A stretch of DNA of 32,000 bases from Acaryochloris marina S15 (GCF_018336915.1 NZ_CP064923.1:3480001-3512000); one strand, 5' to 3'; shown: positions 7,818-17,798, counted from the first letter of the stretch. The notes: generated from the letters alone by a model not told the origin. A program made the numbers and translations.

Positions 7818-9302
7818 CTAAGAGCGAGAAGAGCCTGGAATCACCTGAACAGCAGGTAACTGACCCGAATCACGGGTGACTTGGCGCAAATGTTCAACCT
7901 CTGCAGCGGCTCCCTCTCCATCTTTAGACTCTAGGCGTTGCAAAATCGTGAGTTTAGTTTCTTCCAAAAAGTCTGTAAGTAGGGACTGAATTTCATCTAG
8001 GGTTTCTTGATTTTGAAGCTCACCCCGTAAGGCATCCGTGAAATGTTCTCCTAGCTGATCGAAAATATCTTTGCCCTTCTGATCGTTTAAGACCTTCGTC
8101 AGAGTGGACTGGGAGGTTTGGGTAAGTTGTTTCGACACTTGTTCGGCAATCACATTGGGAAGCGTCATCATCCCGGGCAGTTGCTGGGCTTGTCGATAAA
8201 AAGGAATATCGCTCAAGGCCTCCACAATGGCATGGCGGATCACATTTTCTAAATCGGGGGTGAGCTGGGGCAGCACTTTATAAATGGTGATCTTGACGGC
8301 CTGGAGAATCAGCTCCTCCAACTCGTTTACTTCGTTAATCTCAACGGTGTCAGTTTCAGGATTCAGTAACCATTGTTCAATCACCCCTTGCTCAATAGCA
8401 TCCTGAGCAATGCCAACGGACTGAACCAGGACGATTTCCGTCATGTCTCCCGCCAGACTTTCGGCTAAGAACCGATTAATTTGAGTCTGCATCCGGCTGA
8501 GATTAATCCAGCCCACCTGATGCAGTCGCAATGTGATTGGCAAAATGCGCAGAATTCGCCAAATCGGTATAAAAAAGAGCAGATCATACCAGCGCCAAAA
8601 AATCGTATCTTTCCAACTGGTCCCCTGGCGGCGGCGACTCAGGTAGAAGGTTCGGACCAAATAGTCCAATCCAAACAGGAGAACAAAGGGCAAATCAATA
8701 ATGACAAAGAAGTCAACAAAATCGCCGCTTTCTCCAAAGGGACGATAGTAGTTAGAGGCGATCAGCGGTCGAATATCTTTATTAAAAAATTCGAGCTCCC
8801 GCGTCCATAAATTCTTCTTCAGGTAATCGACACTCCAAAACTCCCGAAAGGAGCCCTTGGCCGACTCATTATCCAGTTGCTCTCGCATCCGGTTCTTGAT
8901 TTTCTCTAGAGTCCCGGTTTTGTTGGCAAGCTCAAATGGATTCTCATCCACCATTTCTGCACTCTGCCCTCTCAGCTGCTCCAATAACTTTTGGAGTTCA
9001 GCTCCTTCCGTCCCCGACTTCGCCAGCTGTTGCTCAACTTGATCCACCGTTTCCAGATATTTCTGAGTATCCCGATTGGCCACGATCCCTTTAATGGGGT
9101 CATAGAGTTCTGTGATTTGAGGCAGTCGACTTAAATAAAAATCTCGAAGCGGGATGTAGGTGATGTTGAAGAGCACTAAGCTTAAATTCGCTAGGGCAGC
9201 TAGGGCCATCAGTCGATCTAAGCCCAATAACCAAGGATTACGTCGAGTTCGTCGTCTCTTATATTGCTTCGTGTTGTTGCGACTAACGGGGGACGAGGGC
9301 AT
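7818..9302 (-). CDS. Conserved-looking membrane protein with ion-transport-family S2-S4-like segment but no pore region
   Basis: The N-terminus is basic (KRRRTRR) and is followed by TM1. A roughly 140-aa hydrophilic, coiled-coil-like loop comes next. It is followed by FVIIDLPFVLLFGLDYLVRTFY (S2-like), WYDLLFFIP (S3-like) and WRILRILPITLRL (S4-like). No TVGYG-type selectivity sequence is present. The last roughly 220 aa are soluble. Confidence 0.6.
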   Translation of the reverse strand: MPSSPVSRNNTKQYKRRRTRRNPWLLGLDRLMALAALANLSLVLFNITYIPLRDFYLSRLPQITELYDPIKGIVANRDTQKYLETVDQVEQQLAKSGTEGAELQKLLEQLRGQSAEMVDENPFELANKTGTLEKIKNRMREQLDNESAKGSFREFWSVDYLKKNLWTRELEFFNKDIRPLIASNYYRPFGESGDFVDFFVIIDLPFVLLFGLDYLVRTFYLSRRRQGTSWKDTIFWRWYDLLFFIPIWRILRILPITLRLHQVGWINLSRMQTQINRFLAESLAGDMTEIVLVQSVGIAQDAIEQGVIEQWLLNPETDTVEINEVNELEELILQAVKITIYKVLPQLTPDLENVIRHAIVEALSDIPFYRQAQQLPGMMTLPNVIAEQVSKQLTQTSQSTLTKVLNDQKGKDIFDQLGEHFTDALRGELQNQETLDEIQSLLTDFLEETKLTILQRLESKDGEGAAAEVEHLRQVTRDSGQLPAVQVIPGSSRS

Positions 9303-9342
9303 ACCAGAAGATAAAGTAGAACATCAGGATGATAAGCGGACT

Positions 9343-9654
9343 TTACGCAGCTCCTAAGACTGCTTGGAGTCGGCTTCTAAACTCACCTTTGGGATGCCCG
9401 CCTTTGACTTCGCCCAAAACCGAGAACTCTGCATCAGGAGAGTCACAAATAATATAGGTCGGCCAACCCATCTCTGATTTATCGGGGTATTGAGTCAGAA
9501 GGATTTTGCGATATTTGCGGTAAGTAGCGGTGTCCTGCATTTTGACATCAATAAATTCTAAGCCCAGCTCCTCTGTGACCTTCTGATCATAGAAGGACAT
9601 TTTGTGGCAAATCCCACAGTCTTCAGAAGAGAACTTGATGACGGCTCTACCCAT
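9343..9654 (-). CDS. Thioredoxin-fold protein with CxxC motif
   Basis: The protein is 103 aa. A CGIC redox motif lies near the N-terminus (FSSEDCGICHKM), and the size and pattern fit a thioredoxin-like fold. Confidence 0.65.
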   Translation of the reverse strand: MGRAVIKFSSEDCGICHKMSFYDQKVTEELGLEFIDVKMQDTATYRKYRKILLTQYPDKSEMGWPTYIICDSPDAEFSVLGEVKGGHPKGEFRSRLQAVLGAA

Positions 9655-9805
9655 TTTTCACTTACCTTAACTAGCCCAGTGTGCGTTATTGTCCATGCTA
9701 TCAGTCTGAGTGAATCCCTCAAATCCATCGATAGGTCCATCACAATCTTGGATGGCACGGAAGACTAATCAACGAAATAGAATTTGGCAGAGTACATTAG
9801 AAGGT

Positions 9806-10270
9806 ATGAGTGAGTCTTTCAAAATTATTAGTGATAATCGCCAAGCCCGATTTCAATACGAAATCCTAGAGGTGTTTGAGGCAGGCCTTGCCCTAACCGG
9901 AACTGAAGTCAAAGCAATCCGAGCTGGGAAAGTCAATTTACGGGACGGATTTGCCCAAATCCGTAATGAGGAAGCATTCCTACTCAATGTGCATGTCTCA
10001 CCCCATAGCAATGCTGGCCAGTTTTTTAACCACGATCCTCGGCGTACTCGCAAACTCCTAATGCATCGCCAAGAAATTCGTAAGCTGATTGGCAAAACCG
10101 AACAAAAAGGACTGACCTTGGTGCCATTGAAACTTTATCTCCAGCGGGGCTGGATCAAAGTGACGATCGGCTTAGCACAGGGTAAGAAACTCCACGACAA
10201 GCGGGAATCAATCAAGCAACGTCAGGATAAGCGAGATATGGAACGGGCTTTAAAGCGGAGTGTTCAGTAG
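9806..10270 (+). CDS. smpB: SsrA-binding protein SmpB
   Basis: MSESFKIISDNRQARFQYEILEVFEAGLALTGTEVKAIRAGKVNLRDGF.. matches the conserved SmpB N-terminus, and the basic C-terminal tail is present. The internal ATG at 9806 gives the canonical length of about 154 aa. The track start at 9710 adds 32 non-conserved residues. Confidence 0.92.
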   Translation: MSESFKIISDNRQARFQYEILEVFEAGLALTGTEVKAIRAGKVNLRDGFAQIRNEEAFLLNVHVSPHSNAGQFFNHDPRRTRKLLMHRQEIRKLIGKTEQKGLTLVPLKLYLQRGWIKVTIGLAQGKKLHDKRESIKQRQDKRDMERALKRSVQ

Positions 10271-10288
10271 AGTTGAGCACAGATAAGC

Positions 10289-11746
10289 TTACATCGCAGC
10301 TTGCCAAGTGCCATGAAACCCAAAGGGGATAATCTCGGGCAAGCCTAAAACAGCAATAGGACCCAAATCTAACTGGTTCGCTGTAAAAATTTGCACGGTA
10401 CTTTGATCCTGGTTGCCATCAAAAACAACGGTTAATAGCCACCCTTCATAGGCATTGGACGGATCAGGTGCATAAATGGCTTCCATGGGGTAACAGCCTG
10501 AAGGAAAAGCCATACTCCTCACCGCAGCGTTTTTACCATCAATGCGAGCGATGCTATCAAACATTTCCTCCACAGGTCGTGGACTGTGAGAATGATGATT
10601 CAAATAAATGGCGGTGGTCTTCTGTCCAGTTTCCAGGGGGGAAACGATAGGAAATTCACAACCAAAATTAAACCGCTGCTCGTTCTGCAAGACTTGGCCG
10701 GTCTGAGGATTAATATGTAGCTGCCACAGTTCCCCGGAAGCAGGGGTTTGCGGATAGCCTGTGACCACTTCTTTCAGCCACTGATTGGTTTGAAAATCAG
10801 GATAGCGAATATAGTCCAGGACAATATTGCCAGCAGCATCTTCATAACCATTGCCAAAGTGCCATTGGAACCAAGGATGAGTTTCAAAGCGGGTCACCTC
10901 CTGAAAGGTATCTCGATCGATCACAATGATCTGCGTTCCCTCTTGGGGCTGCCACTGTAAGGCATCACTTAAACTTTTCGTTGCCAACATGATGGGCAAC
11001 ATCTGCAAGCGTAACGGCGGTACAACAAATACTAGATAACGCCCAGCCAGAACAAAATCATGAACTAGAGACAGCCCTGGCAAGGGAATAGAGGCTTGCC
11101 GATCAATGGCACCAGAGGCATGGCTGCAGTAGAGCTGAATATAGGTTTTGGGACCAAAGATAACGCCAAAGTTATAGATGTTGCCCGTTTGTGGATCTCG
11201 TTTGGGATGAGCAGAGTAAGTGAGCTTAGGGGTTAAGCCTGAAAGAGCATCCAATCCTTGGGTTTCTAGGGTAACGGGATCAAGGGCATGGGGATTTCCC
11301 CCTTCCCAAAGGGCGAGCAATTTGTCAGGTAATGCCAAAACCGAGGTATTGGCTACATTTTTGGGGGGAACGCCCCACCGTTTCCAAACCGGACCAGGGG
11401 CCATTTGCCCATAGCCTGAATAGAGAAATTGATCTTTCGCTTCTTCTGCTTGAAGTTCCTGGGTTTGGACATAGCGGTAACTAGCTGTTGCCCCTCCAGC
11501 ATCAAAGCGGACGGCCAAAATGCCGCCGTCTCCGTCAAACCAGTGATCAACGGTTTGGCCCTGACGGGACAAACGCCCAGGGCCATTGCGATATAAGGTG
11601 CCTTGAAAACCTTCTGGAATTTGACCCGATAACAGCGGCAGGGGAGTGGGACCAAATTCCGTAGCGGGGGTTGCGATCGCACGGGCCCACAATGGCTTGC
11701 CTTCAGAAAAGCGGTTCCGTGCTGCATCACGATCTTGAGTCTGCAT
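10289..11746 (-). CDS. Carotenoid/apocarotenoid cleavage oxygenase (RPE65 family)
   Basis: The four iron-ligand His contexts are present: SAHPKRD, LVHDFV, WHFGNGYE and FGFHGTW. The ATG at 11746 has GAGG 5 nt upstream. A GTG at 11752 is an alternative start. Confidence 0.9.
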   Translation of the reverse strand: MQTQDRDAARNRFSEGKPLWARAIATPATEFGPTPLPLLSGQIPEGFQGTLYRNGPGRLSRQGQTVDHWFDGDGGILAVRFDAGGATASYRYVQTQELQAEEAKDQFLYSGYGQMAPGPVWKRWGVPPKNVANTSVLALPDKLLALWEGGNPHALDPVTLETQGLDALSGLTPKLTYSAHPKRDPQTGNIYNFGVIFGPKTYIQLYCSHASGAIDRQASIPLPGLSLVHDFVLAGRYLVFVVPPLRLQMLPIMLATKSLSDALQWQPQEGTQIIVIDRDTFQEVTRFETHPWFQWHFGNGYEDAAGNIVLDYIRYPDFQTNQWLKEVVTGYPQTPASGELWQLHINPQTGQVLQNEQRFNFGCEFPIVSPLETGQKTTAIYLNHHSHSPRPVEEMFDSIARIDGKNAAVRSMAFPSGCYPMEAIYAPDPSNAYEGWLLTVVFDGNQDQSTVQIFTANQLDLGPIAVLGLPEIIPFGFHGTWQAAM

Positions 11747-11804
11747 GGCCACCTCATTATCCCTGAAACAATGGATGAGCTAACTTTACCTCAATCGACA
11801 AAGA

Positions 11805-11825
11805 AGCCCTCTATTACCGAGGGCT
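11805..11825 (-). terminator. Putative terminator hairpin downstream of the LTD-protein gene
   Basis: A 7-bp stem agccctc/gagggct with a 7-nt loop. On the minus strand it is followed by the U-rich UCUUUGUC. It lies 30 nt after the stop at 11855. Confidence 0.4.
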
Positions 11826-11854
11826 GTGATATTCAAACTAAAAGGTTTGACGAC

Positions 11855-14800
11855 CTACCAGAGCGCTCGCACGGGAGGTGGAGATTCAGGTTCATCGCGC
11901 GAGGGCGCATCAATTTTTTGTTGAGGTGCAGGTCGCTCCACTGGAGGAGGCGATTGCTCAGAGGGTGTAGGGGATTGTTCACCAGGGTCACTGGGACGAG
12001 TGGTCTCACTTGGACTTATTTGTTCTATCGGATCAGGAGTTTGAGGAGTCCCCGATCCAGGAACTTTGCCTGGAGAAGGATCAGGTAGATTATCTGGCAC
12101 ATTACCAGGTTGGGGAGAAGGTGACGGTAAGGGCACAGGAATTGGGAATGGTTGGGACGTCGATCCACTCGGTGGCTCTGCACTAGGTTGAGGTGCAGGA
12201 GTTGCTCCTGGTATTGGTTCTGGGCTGGGTGTGGGTTGAGGTGTTGGACCTGGTATAGAACCAGGTGTGGGGCTTGGCACGGGAAATGGCACGGCTCCAG
12301 GAACTGACTCTGGTGCTGGAGCTGGGGTTGGGGCTGGACTGGGGGTTGGTGCAGGGGCAGGTTCTGGGGCTGGAGCCGGTATTGGGGCTGGTGTTGGGGC
12401 TGGTGTTGGGGCTGGAGCCGGTATGGGGCTTGGCGCAGGAAATGGCACAGATCCAGGTGTGGGTTCTGGAGTAGGTTCTGGCTCAGGGGTTGGCATAGGA
12501 CCAGGTTCCGGAGTCGGTTCTGGTGTTGGTATCGGTTCTGGTTCGGGAACTGGCTCTGGAGTAGGTGTCGGAGTTGGTTCTGGGGTTGGCTCAGCTTCAG
12601 GTGCTGGTTCTGGAGTAGGTTCTGGCTCAGGGGTTGGTGTAGGACCAGGTTCCGGAGTCGGTTCTGGGGTTGGCTCAGGTGCTGGTGTTGGTATCGGTTC
12701 TGGTTCTGGAGTCGGCTCTGGCTCAGGTGTTGGTTCTGGAGTCGGCTCTGGCTCTGGAGTAGGTTCTGGAGCTGGTTCGGGAGTTGGCTCTGGAGTCGGC
12801 TCTGGAGCTGGTTCTGGAGTTGGTTCTGGCGTTGGTTCGGGAGCTGGCTCTGGAGTAGGTGTCGGAGTTGGTTCTGGGGTTGGCTCAGGTGCTGGTTCAG
12901 GAACTGGCTCTGGCTCAGGAGCTGGGGTTGGCTCTGGCTCTGGCTCTGGAGTTGGCTCTGGCTCTGGCTCTGGAGTTGGTTCTGGAGCTGGTTCTGGTTC
13001 TGGTTCTGGCGTTGGTTCGGGAGTCGGCTCAGGTTCGGGAGTTGGTGTCGGAGTCGGCTCTGGTTCTGGAGTTGGTGTCGGAGTCGGCTCTGGTTCTGGC
13101 TCAGGTTCTGGAGTAGGCTCATCTGAACCATTGTTATTGCCTGCAACACTGGTAATCCTGCTGCCTGTAGGATCTGTATCAATCGTTTCTAGATAGCCCA
13201 AGCAGCGGGTGCTGGCATCACCACTCGTTGTGGGTTCCCAGCAGGCACTGTTGTTGGAATCTTGCCCATTCGCAGTCAGACTAATGGATTGCCCATTATC
13301 AGCCCCCCCTAATGTTGTTTGGGCAGCATCATCCCACAGCCCTAATGATGCAGGGGGTGGGGTATTAATCGCTGTACTGCTGCTTGTATTTTTACCGTAG
13401 GCAATGTAGTCAATAATCTGGTTTTGGCCATCGTATAACCAGACATCATCCCCGGTGTTATTGAGTTTTGGACGTTGCCCTAACCAGGCTTGAAAAGCTG
13501 CATCTGGGGCCTGATGGGCGGATATAGGATTACCTTGAGCATCTTTCTCACTGCCAATCCAAACAACCGCATATTCCCCTGGTTGGAGGATGGTATTAGC
13601 GGGAAAAACGTAGGGGCTGGTATTGCCTGTAATACTTCCGGTATTGCCATCTATATCGCCATCCAGAATATTGCCATCTATTAATTGCAATCCGCCAATA
13701 TCAACTGCTTCATCTGATGGATTGAATAGCTCAATAAACTCATCGTTATTCTCAGCATTGGCTCTGCCAATCGTTTGTTTGTAAAGCACCTCATTGATAA
13801 CGATTTTCCCAGACAGGGGCGATAGCTGAGGTGGATCACCTGCTTCGGACGATGGTTCTGGGTCTGGTGTAGGTTCGGAAGCTGGCTCAGGTGTTTCTGC
13901 TCCACCCTCTGGTTCAGGAGTAGGAGTGGGTTCGGGGGCAGGATAAGGGGTTGGGTCGGGAACTGGCTCTGGAGTAGAGTCTGGGGCTGGCTCAGCTTCA
14001 GGTGCTGGTTCTGGAGTGGGTTCAGGCTCAGGTGTTTCTGCACCGCCCTCTGGCTCGGGGGTTGGCTCTGGCTCAGGGGTAGCTTCTGGCGCTGAATCGG
14101 GTGTTCCTGGGCTACCCTCCGGTTCAGGTGTTGGGTCGGAAATTGGTTCTGACTCGGGTTCTGGAGTAGGTTCAGGAGCGGGTTCGGGTTCGGGAGTGGG
14201 TTCAGGCGTTGGCTCAGCTTCAGGAGCGGGTTCGGATTCTGGAGTAGGTGTAGGCTCAGGGTTTTCTGCTCCCCCCTCTGGCTCTGGAGCAGGAGTGGGC
14301 TCTGGTTCTGGAGTTGGAGTCGGTTCGGGAGCAGGCGTAGGCTCTGGTTCTGGGGTGGGTGGCGGAGCAGGCTCAGTTTCTGGCTCTTGAAAGGGAAGAC
14401 AACTAAATGACAAAGAGTTGAGGCGACCACTTTTACTTCCCTTGGGTTTTAGTGCACCGATTCGATAGCGGAAACTACTGACATTCTCATAAGAAGCAGT
14501 TATTAAAGTTTGCGTTGCATCTGTGCTGATACCCGGTTGCGTCTTGACTGTATTGGATTCAAAGCGACCAGATGGAGGGGTAATAGTTGGCTTTAGGGTC
14601 GTGGGATTCTCGAGGGTATAGCTAGAGAATCCCTCTAGCTCGATGTACTCCCTTAAGTCTTTACTATCTCCATCTATGTCTACACCGGAAGCATTGAAAG
14701 CTTTGATGGTGGTAGGTGTGTTCGATCCTGTTTCTACAAAACTGATAATCAGGTCTACACTCGAATCCCCTTTTTGCTTGGAAGCATTGAGAGTAGGCTG

Positions 14801-15202
14801 CAGAGCATCTGCGGACCCTGTGCTGGCATTATCAATTGCCCCTAAGGTTGCACCATTGTTGAACTTGTCCACCGTGACCAATGCATCAATACCAGGAGCA
14901 ACCTGGGTAAATCGGTAGATGGAGCCGATGGATAGGTTGGGTTGATTGTTTTCTTTTTTAGGATTACGAAAAGACAGCTCTACGATTGAGCTGCCATTAC
15001 ACATCTTGGTCTCTGCAATTTGGAAGACAGATGTTTCTGCGTTCTGAATTGAGGGGATGGGGGAGTAGATGCTCGGTGATGTTGGGGTCGCTGTATGGGT
15101 GGCAGAAGTGCGAGCTAAAGCGGCATCTGCTAAAAATGTGCATGCCATGAGAAGTGCAGCGAAGGGAGCACGATTGGCGAGTAATACTATCCAGCGACCC
15201 AT
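11855..15202 (-). CDS. Secreted lamin-tail-domain (LTD) protein with unknown N-terminal domain and two very long Pro/Glu/Thr spacers
   Basis: The ATG at 15202 has GGAG 9 nt upstream and opens a signal-peptide-like sequence ([30 protein letters not shown]). The LTD signature is [45 protein letters not shown]-type low complexity of about 190 aa precedes the LTD, and about 420 aa follows it. Confidence 0.85.
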   Translation of the reverse strand: MGRWIVLLANRAPFAALLMACTFLADAALARTSATHTATPTSPSIYSPIPSIQNAETSVFQIAETKMCNGSSIVELSFRNPKKENNQPNLSIGSIYRFTQVAPGIDALVTVDKFNNGATLGAIDNASTGSADALQPTLNASKQKGDSSVDLIISFVETGSNTPTTIKAFNASGVDIDGDSKDLREYIELEGFSSYTLENPTTLKPTITPPSGRFESNTVKTQPGISTDATQTLITASYENVSSFRYRIGALKPKGSKSGRLNSLSFSCLPFQEPETEPAPPPTPEPEPTPAPEPTPTPEPEPTPAPEPEGGAENPEPTPTPESEPAPEAEPTPEPTPEPEPAPEPTPEPESEPISDPTPEPEGSPGTPDSAPEATPEPEPTPEPEGGAETPEPEPTPEPAPEAEPAPDSTPEPVPDPTPYPAPEPTPTPEPEGGAETPEPASEPTPDPEPSSEAGDPPQLSPLSGKIVINEVLYKQTIGRANAENNDEFIELFNPSDEAVDIGGLQLIDGNILDGDIDGNTGSITGNTSPYVFPANTILQPGEYAVVWIGSEKDAQGNPISAHQAPDAAFQAWLGQRPKLNNTGDDVWLYDGQNQIIDYIAYGKNTSSSTAINTPPPASLGLWDDAAQTTLGGADNGQSISLTANGQDSNNSACWEPTTSGDASTRCLGYLETIDTDPTGSRITSVAGNNNGSDEPTPEPEPEPEPTPTPTPEPEPTPTPTPEPEPTPEPTPEPEPEPAPEPTPEPEPEPTPEPEPEPTPAPEPEPVPEPAPEPTPEPTPTPTPEPAPEPTPEPTPEPAPEPTPEPTPEPAPEPTPEPEPTPEPTPEPEPTPEPEPIPTPAPEPTPEPTPEPGPTPTPEPEPTPEPAPEAEPTPEPTPTPTPEPVPEPEPIPTPEPTPEPGPMPTPEPEPTPEPTPGSVPFPAPSPIPAPAPTPAPTPAPIPAPAPEPAPAPTPSPAPTPAPAPESVPGAVPFPVPSPTPGSIPGPTPQPTPSPEPIPGATPAPQPSAEPPSGSTSQPFPIPVPLPSPSPQPGNVPDNLPDPSPGKVPGSGTPQTPDPIEQISPSETTRPSDPGEQSPTPSEQSPPPVERPAPQQKIDAPSRDEPESPPPVRALW
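11900..13120. repeat. Low-complexity cryptic repeat (PEPTPEP.. then PAPTPAP.. then PS-rich) at the 3' end of the LTD gene
   Basis: Degenerate 6 to 12-nt periodic ggttct/ggctct/ggagtt motifs on the plus strand keep several frames open on both strands. Confidence 0.9.
13830..14395. repeat. Low-complexity PEPT spacer between the N-terminal domain and the LTD, punctuated by EPEGGAE(T/N)PEP
   Basis: The cryptic periodicity is the same. The EPEGGAE motif recurs three times, plus one EPEGSPGTP variant. Confidence 0.85.
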
Positions 15203-15476
15203 GATTTTTCTCCTCAGCCATCCATAAATGGGAAACTCTAATACTTGTATCACTTTGCGATCGCAAAAAAATTCCAATGCAATACACTTTTTGAGGAATC
15301 GTTTTGAATATCATTCCTGGTAGGTATTTCCCCGATCCCGCTAGATCTTGATTTTTTTATTTCGAGGCATTGATTCGTTTGGGATGTTGAGAATTATCTT
15401 GATTTTTCCTTAGATACCAAAGCCTGACATTTGTCCCATTTATGATGAGTTGGACAATCGCTAAGGTCAGGTCAAT

Positions 15477-16043
15477 ATGGGAGAATCAAAGCGCCGCAAG
15501 CAAATTTTAGGAGACACCTACGGTCAGAACTCCTTCATTTTGATTAAAGGCGAACGGCAGTTCGAAGAGCATTTTCAAACGTTCTGCCAAGCTTGGGAGC
15601 AAAAGTTAAAAGAAATTAGTGGGTCTTCTGAGTCTGGAGCTGAACTCTCTGAAGCAGAAATCCAAGAAAAAGATCAGACCTTTCAAACCTGGCTTACACA
15701 ATACCTACAAGATTATCGTCCTCAAGATCGAGAAAGGCTAACTGGCGGGTTATTGGACTTTCTCTATGCGGAGATGGAAAAACTTGAGGAAGAAGAAGAT
15801 CCTGAAAAGCTACAGCAAAAGGTTTCCAACTGGGTTTTAGAAGCGCTGACATTATTCACATTGCTAAAGCCCCATTTAACCGTGGAGCAGCAGCAGGACT
15901 ATGCTCACCCACTACTCGAACTCTACGAAATTATGCTCAATGAAGTGAAGGACGAGATGCCCGCCGACCAAAAAGAAGAAGCCCAAGAGTCCCTAACGGA
16001 GATGTTTGGGGTTTGTTTAGATATTCCTGCAATCGAAGAATAA
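15477..16043 (+). CDS. Hypothetical acidic cytoplasmic protein
   Basis: A 188-codon ORF with an ATG start, divergent from the LTD gene. The composition is normal but Glu/Gln-rich, and no family was recognised. Confidence 0.55.
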   Translation: MGESKRRKQILGDTYGQNSFILIKGERQFEEHFQTFCQAWEQKLKEISGSSESGAELSEAEIQEKDQTFQTWLTQYLQDYRPQDRERLTGGLLDFLYAEMEKLEEEEDPEKLQQKVSNWVLEALTLFTLLKPHLTVEQQQDYAHPLLELYEIMLNEVKDEMPADQKEEAQESLTEMFGVCLDIPAIEE

Positions 16044-16059
16044 AAGCCGCCTTTGCAAT

Positions 16060-16080
16060 ACCCGACTATTTTAGTCGGGT
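16060..16080 (+). terminator. Putative terminator hairpin after the 15477..16043 gene
   Basis: An 8-bp stem acccgact/agtcgggt with a 5-nt loop, 17 nt after the stop. The following U-tract is weak (AUAUUUG). Confidence 0.35.
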
Positions 16081-16084
16081 ATAT

Positions 16085-16113
16085 TTGACGGTATTTTATG
16101 CCCGTGTTAGCAT
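16085..16113 (+). promoter_or_regulatory. Sigma70-like promoter candidate for the thrC-like operon
   Basis: TTGACG (16085-16090), a 17-nt spacer, then TAGCAT (16108-16113), about 55 nt upstream of the ATG at 16169. Confidence 0.35.
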
Positions 16114-16168
16114 CTAGCGAATTGAACAGATGCGTTGTTGACGTATTCCTATCGAAATTGCTAAACCC

Positions 16169-17467
16169 ATGACTCAAACCCTTACCAATCAATCTCGCAG
16201 CTCTGCTCTGAAAGCACTGAAGTGTAAAGAATGCGGAGCCGAGTACGAACTGCAAGCAACCCACGTTTGTGAACTCTGCTTTGGCCCCCTAGAAGTAAGC
16301 TATGACTTCAGCCGCCTTAGCCAGCCGATTACTCGTGAAAGTATTGAAGCCGGTCCCAACTCCATTTGGCGGTATCGCTCCTTCTTGCCCGTTGAGACAG
16401 ATACCCCGATTGATGTGGGAACGGGCATGACCCCTTTAGTGAAGTCCCATCGGTTAGCTCGGCAATTGGGGCTCAAGAATCTATATATCAAGAACGACGC
16501 CGTCAATATGCCCACCCTGAGCTTTAAGGATCGGGTGGTATCGGTAGCGTTGACTCGGGCACAAGAGTTGGGTTTCTCGACCGTGTCCTGTGCCAGTACT
16601 GGTAACTTGGCAAATTCAACAGCTGCCATCGCAACTCGGGCGGGCCTCGATTGCTGCGTGTTCATTCCAGCGGACTTGGAAGCGGGTAAGGTCATGGGTA
16701 CCCTCATCTACGGTCCAACGGTAATGGCTGTTCAAGGCAACTACGATCAGGTCAATCGCCTCTGTTCAGAGGTCGCCAACACTCACGGTTGGGGCTTCGT
16801 CAACATCAATCTGCGTCCCTATTATTCTGAAGGCTCCAAAACCCTCGGATATGAAGTGGCTGAGCAACTGGGTTGGGAACTTCCTGATCATATTGTTGCG
16901 CCCCTCGCTTCGGGCTCTCTGTTTACCAAGATTTATAAGGGTTTCCGCGAATTTATCGATCTCGGTTTAGTCGATGAAAAAGCCGTGCGGTTTAGCGGTG
17001 CCCAGGCCGAAGGCTGCTCTCCCATTGCCCAAGCCTATCGGGAAGGCCGCGACTTCATCAATCCGGTGAAACCCAATACAATTGCCAAATCCATTGCCAT
17101 TGGTAATCCTGCCGACGGGGTTTATGCCATCGATATTGCCAAGAAAACCAATGGCACGATTGAATCGGTTACCGATGCTGAGATAGTTGAAGGCATGAAG
17201 TTGTTGGCTGAAACAGAAGGCATCTTTACAGAAACAGCTGGCGGCACTACCGTCGCTGTCCTTAAGAAGCTCGTCGAAGCCGGTAAAATTGACCCAGAAG
17301 AAAAAACTGTGGTCTACATCACGGGCAACGGCCTCAAGACCCAAGAAGCGGTCCAAGGTTGCATCGGTCAGCCCTTTGAGATTGAGCCTAAACTCGGAAG
17401 TTTTGAGCGAGCCCTAGAGCGCTCCCGCACATTGGATCGGTTGGACTGGCAACCTGTGCTTGTATAG
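16169..17467 (+). CDS. thrC: Threonine-synthase-family PLP enzyme with N-terminal zinc-ribbon
   Basis: The PLP-lysine motif is [18 protein letters not shown] and the C-terminal ITGNGLK are present. The N-terminal four-Cys ribbon is [14 protein letters not shown], as in the archaeal/actinobacterial ThrC clade. Confidence 0.88.
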   Translation: MTQTLTNQSRSSALKALKCKECGAEYELQATHVCELCFGPLEVSYDFSRLSQPITRESIEAGPNSIWRYRSFLPVETDTPIDVGTGMTPLVKSHRLARQLGLKNLYIKNDAVNMPTLSFKDRVVSVALTRAQELGFSTVSCASTGNLANSTAAIATRAGLDCCVFIPADLEAGKVMGTLIYGPTVMAVQGNYDQVNRLCSEVANTHGWGFVNINLRPYYSEGSKTLGYEVAEQLGWELPDHIVAPLASGSLFTKIYKGFREFIDLGLVDEKAVRFSGAQAEGCSPIAQAYREGRDFINPVKPNTIAKSIAIGNPADGVYAIDIAKKTNGTIESVTDAEIVEGMKLLAETEGIFTETAGGTTVAVLKKLVEAGKIDPEEKTVVYITGNGLKTQEAVQGCIGQPFEIEPKLGSFERALERSRTLDRLDWQPVLV

Positions 17468-17510
17468 GCTGTTAGTCGTTTCATTTGTTTCTCTATTGCA
17501 GTTGAATCCT

Positions 17511-17786
17511 ATGTCCGTTACTGTCCTTATTCCTACGCCCTTACAAAAGCTGACGAAAAATCAGGCGACCGTCGAATGTGACGGCAGCAGCATTGGCGAA
17601 TTACTAGAATCCTTGGAACAAAGTTGTCCAGGAATTAAAGCACGTCTTTGTGATGAGAAAGGCGAATTGCGCCGTTTCGTCAACTTTTATGTAAATAATG
17701 AAGATATCCGTTTTTTAGAGGGACAACAAACGGCCCTCAAAGACGGTGATGAAGTTAGTATCATTCCTGCGATCGCAGGGGGGTAA
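17511..17786 (+). CDS. CysO/MoaD/ThiS-family ubiquitin-like sulfur-carrier protein ending in Gly-Gly
   Basis: The 91-aa protein from the ATG at 17511 ends ..[14 protein letters not shown]-stop. The internal [14 protein letters not shown] closely resembles the mycobacterial CysO pattern as I recall it (RFVNIYVNDEDVRF .. LPAVAGG). The gene starts 43 nt after the thrC-like stop. Confidence 0.88.
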   Translation: MSVTVLIPTPLQKLTKNQATVECDGSSIGELLESLEQSCPGIKARLCDEKGELRRFVNFYVNNEDIRFLEGQQTALKDGDEVSIIPAIAGG

Positions 17787-17798
17787 ACCAACAAACCT

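Noticed and set aside
9710-9805. Upstream extension of smpB (track start at 9710)
   Set aside because: The extra 32 residues are not SmpB-like. The ATG at 9806 gives the canonical N-terminus MSES..NRQARF.YEI and the normal length.
11353-12088. ORFs 11353-11757 (minus) and 11735-12088 (plus) around the oxygenase start and the LTD-gene 3' end
   Set aside because: The first is an off-frame overlap of the carotenoid oxygenase gene. The second is antisense to the Pro-rich LTD tail, with an Arg-rich shadow composition.
12265-13196. Plus-strand ORFs encoding GSGVGSG.. repeats (12265-12474, 12267-13196, 12859-13116, and also 14016-14390)
   Set aside because: They are the antisense mirror of the PEPTPEP codon repeats. 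They stay open only because of the low-complexity periodicity. They have no independent start context, and they lie entirely within a gene that has a signal peptide, an RBS and a recognisable LTD domain on the other strand.
12025-14430. Minus-strand alternative-frame ORFs rich in Q/L/N/S (12025-13182 and 13681-14430)
   Set aside because: These are off-frame readings of the same cryptic repeat. Their composition is unrealistic, and they fully overlap the supported LTD-protein frame.
15203-15314. Upstream extension of the LTD gene (track start 15277) and the overlapping ORF 14997-15314
   Set aside because: The ATG at 15202 has a well-spaced GGAG and opens directly into a signal peptide. The extension ([11 protein letters not shown]..) has no support.
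16300-17356. Antisense ORFs inside the thrC-like gene (16300-16707 and 16967-17356)
   Set aside because: They are fully contained opposite a gene with strong family motifs, which makes them typical antisense shadow ORFs.
17460-17510. Upstream extension of the sulfur-carrier ORF (track start 17460, overlapping the thrC-like stop)
   Set aside because: The ATG at 17511 yields MSVTVLIPT.., the typical N-terminus and length of CysO/MoaD-type carriers.
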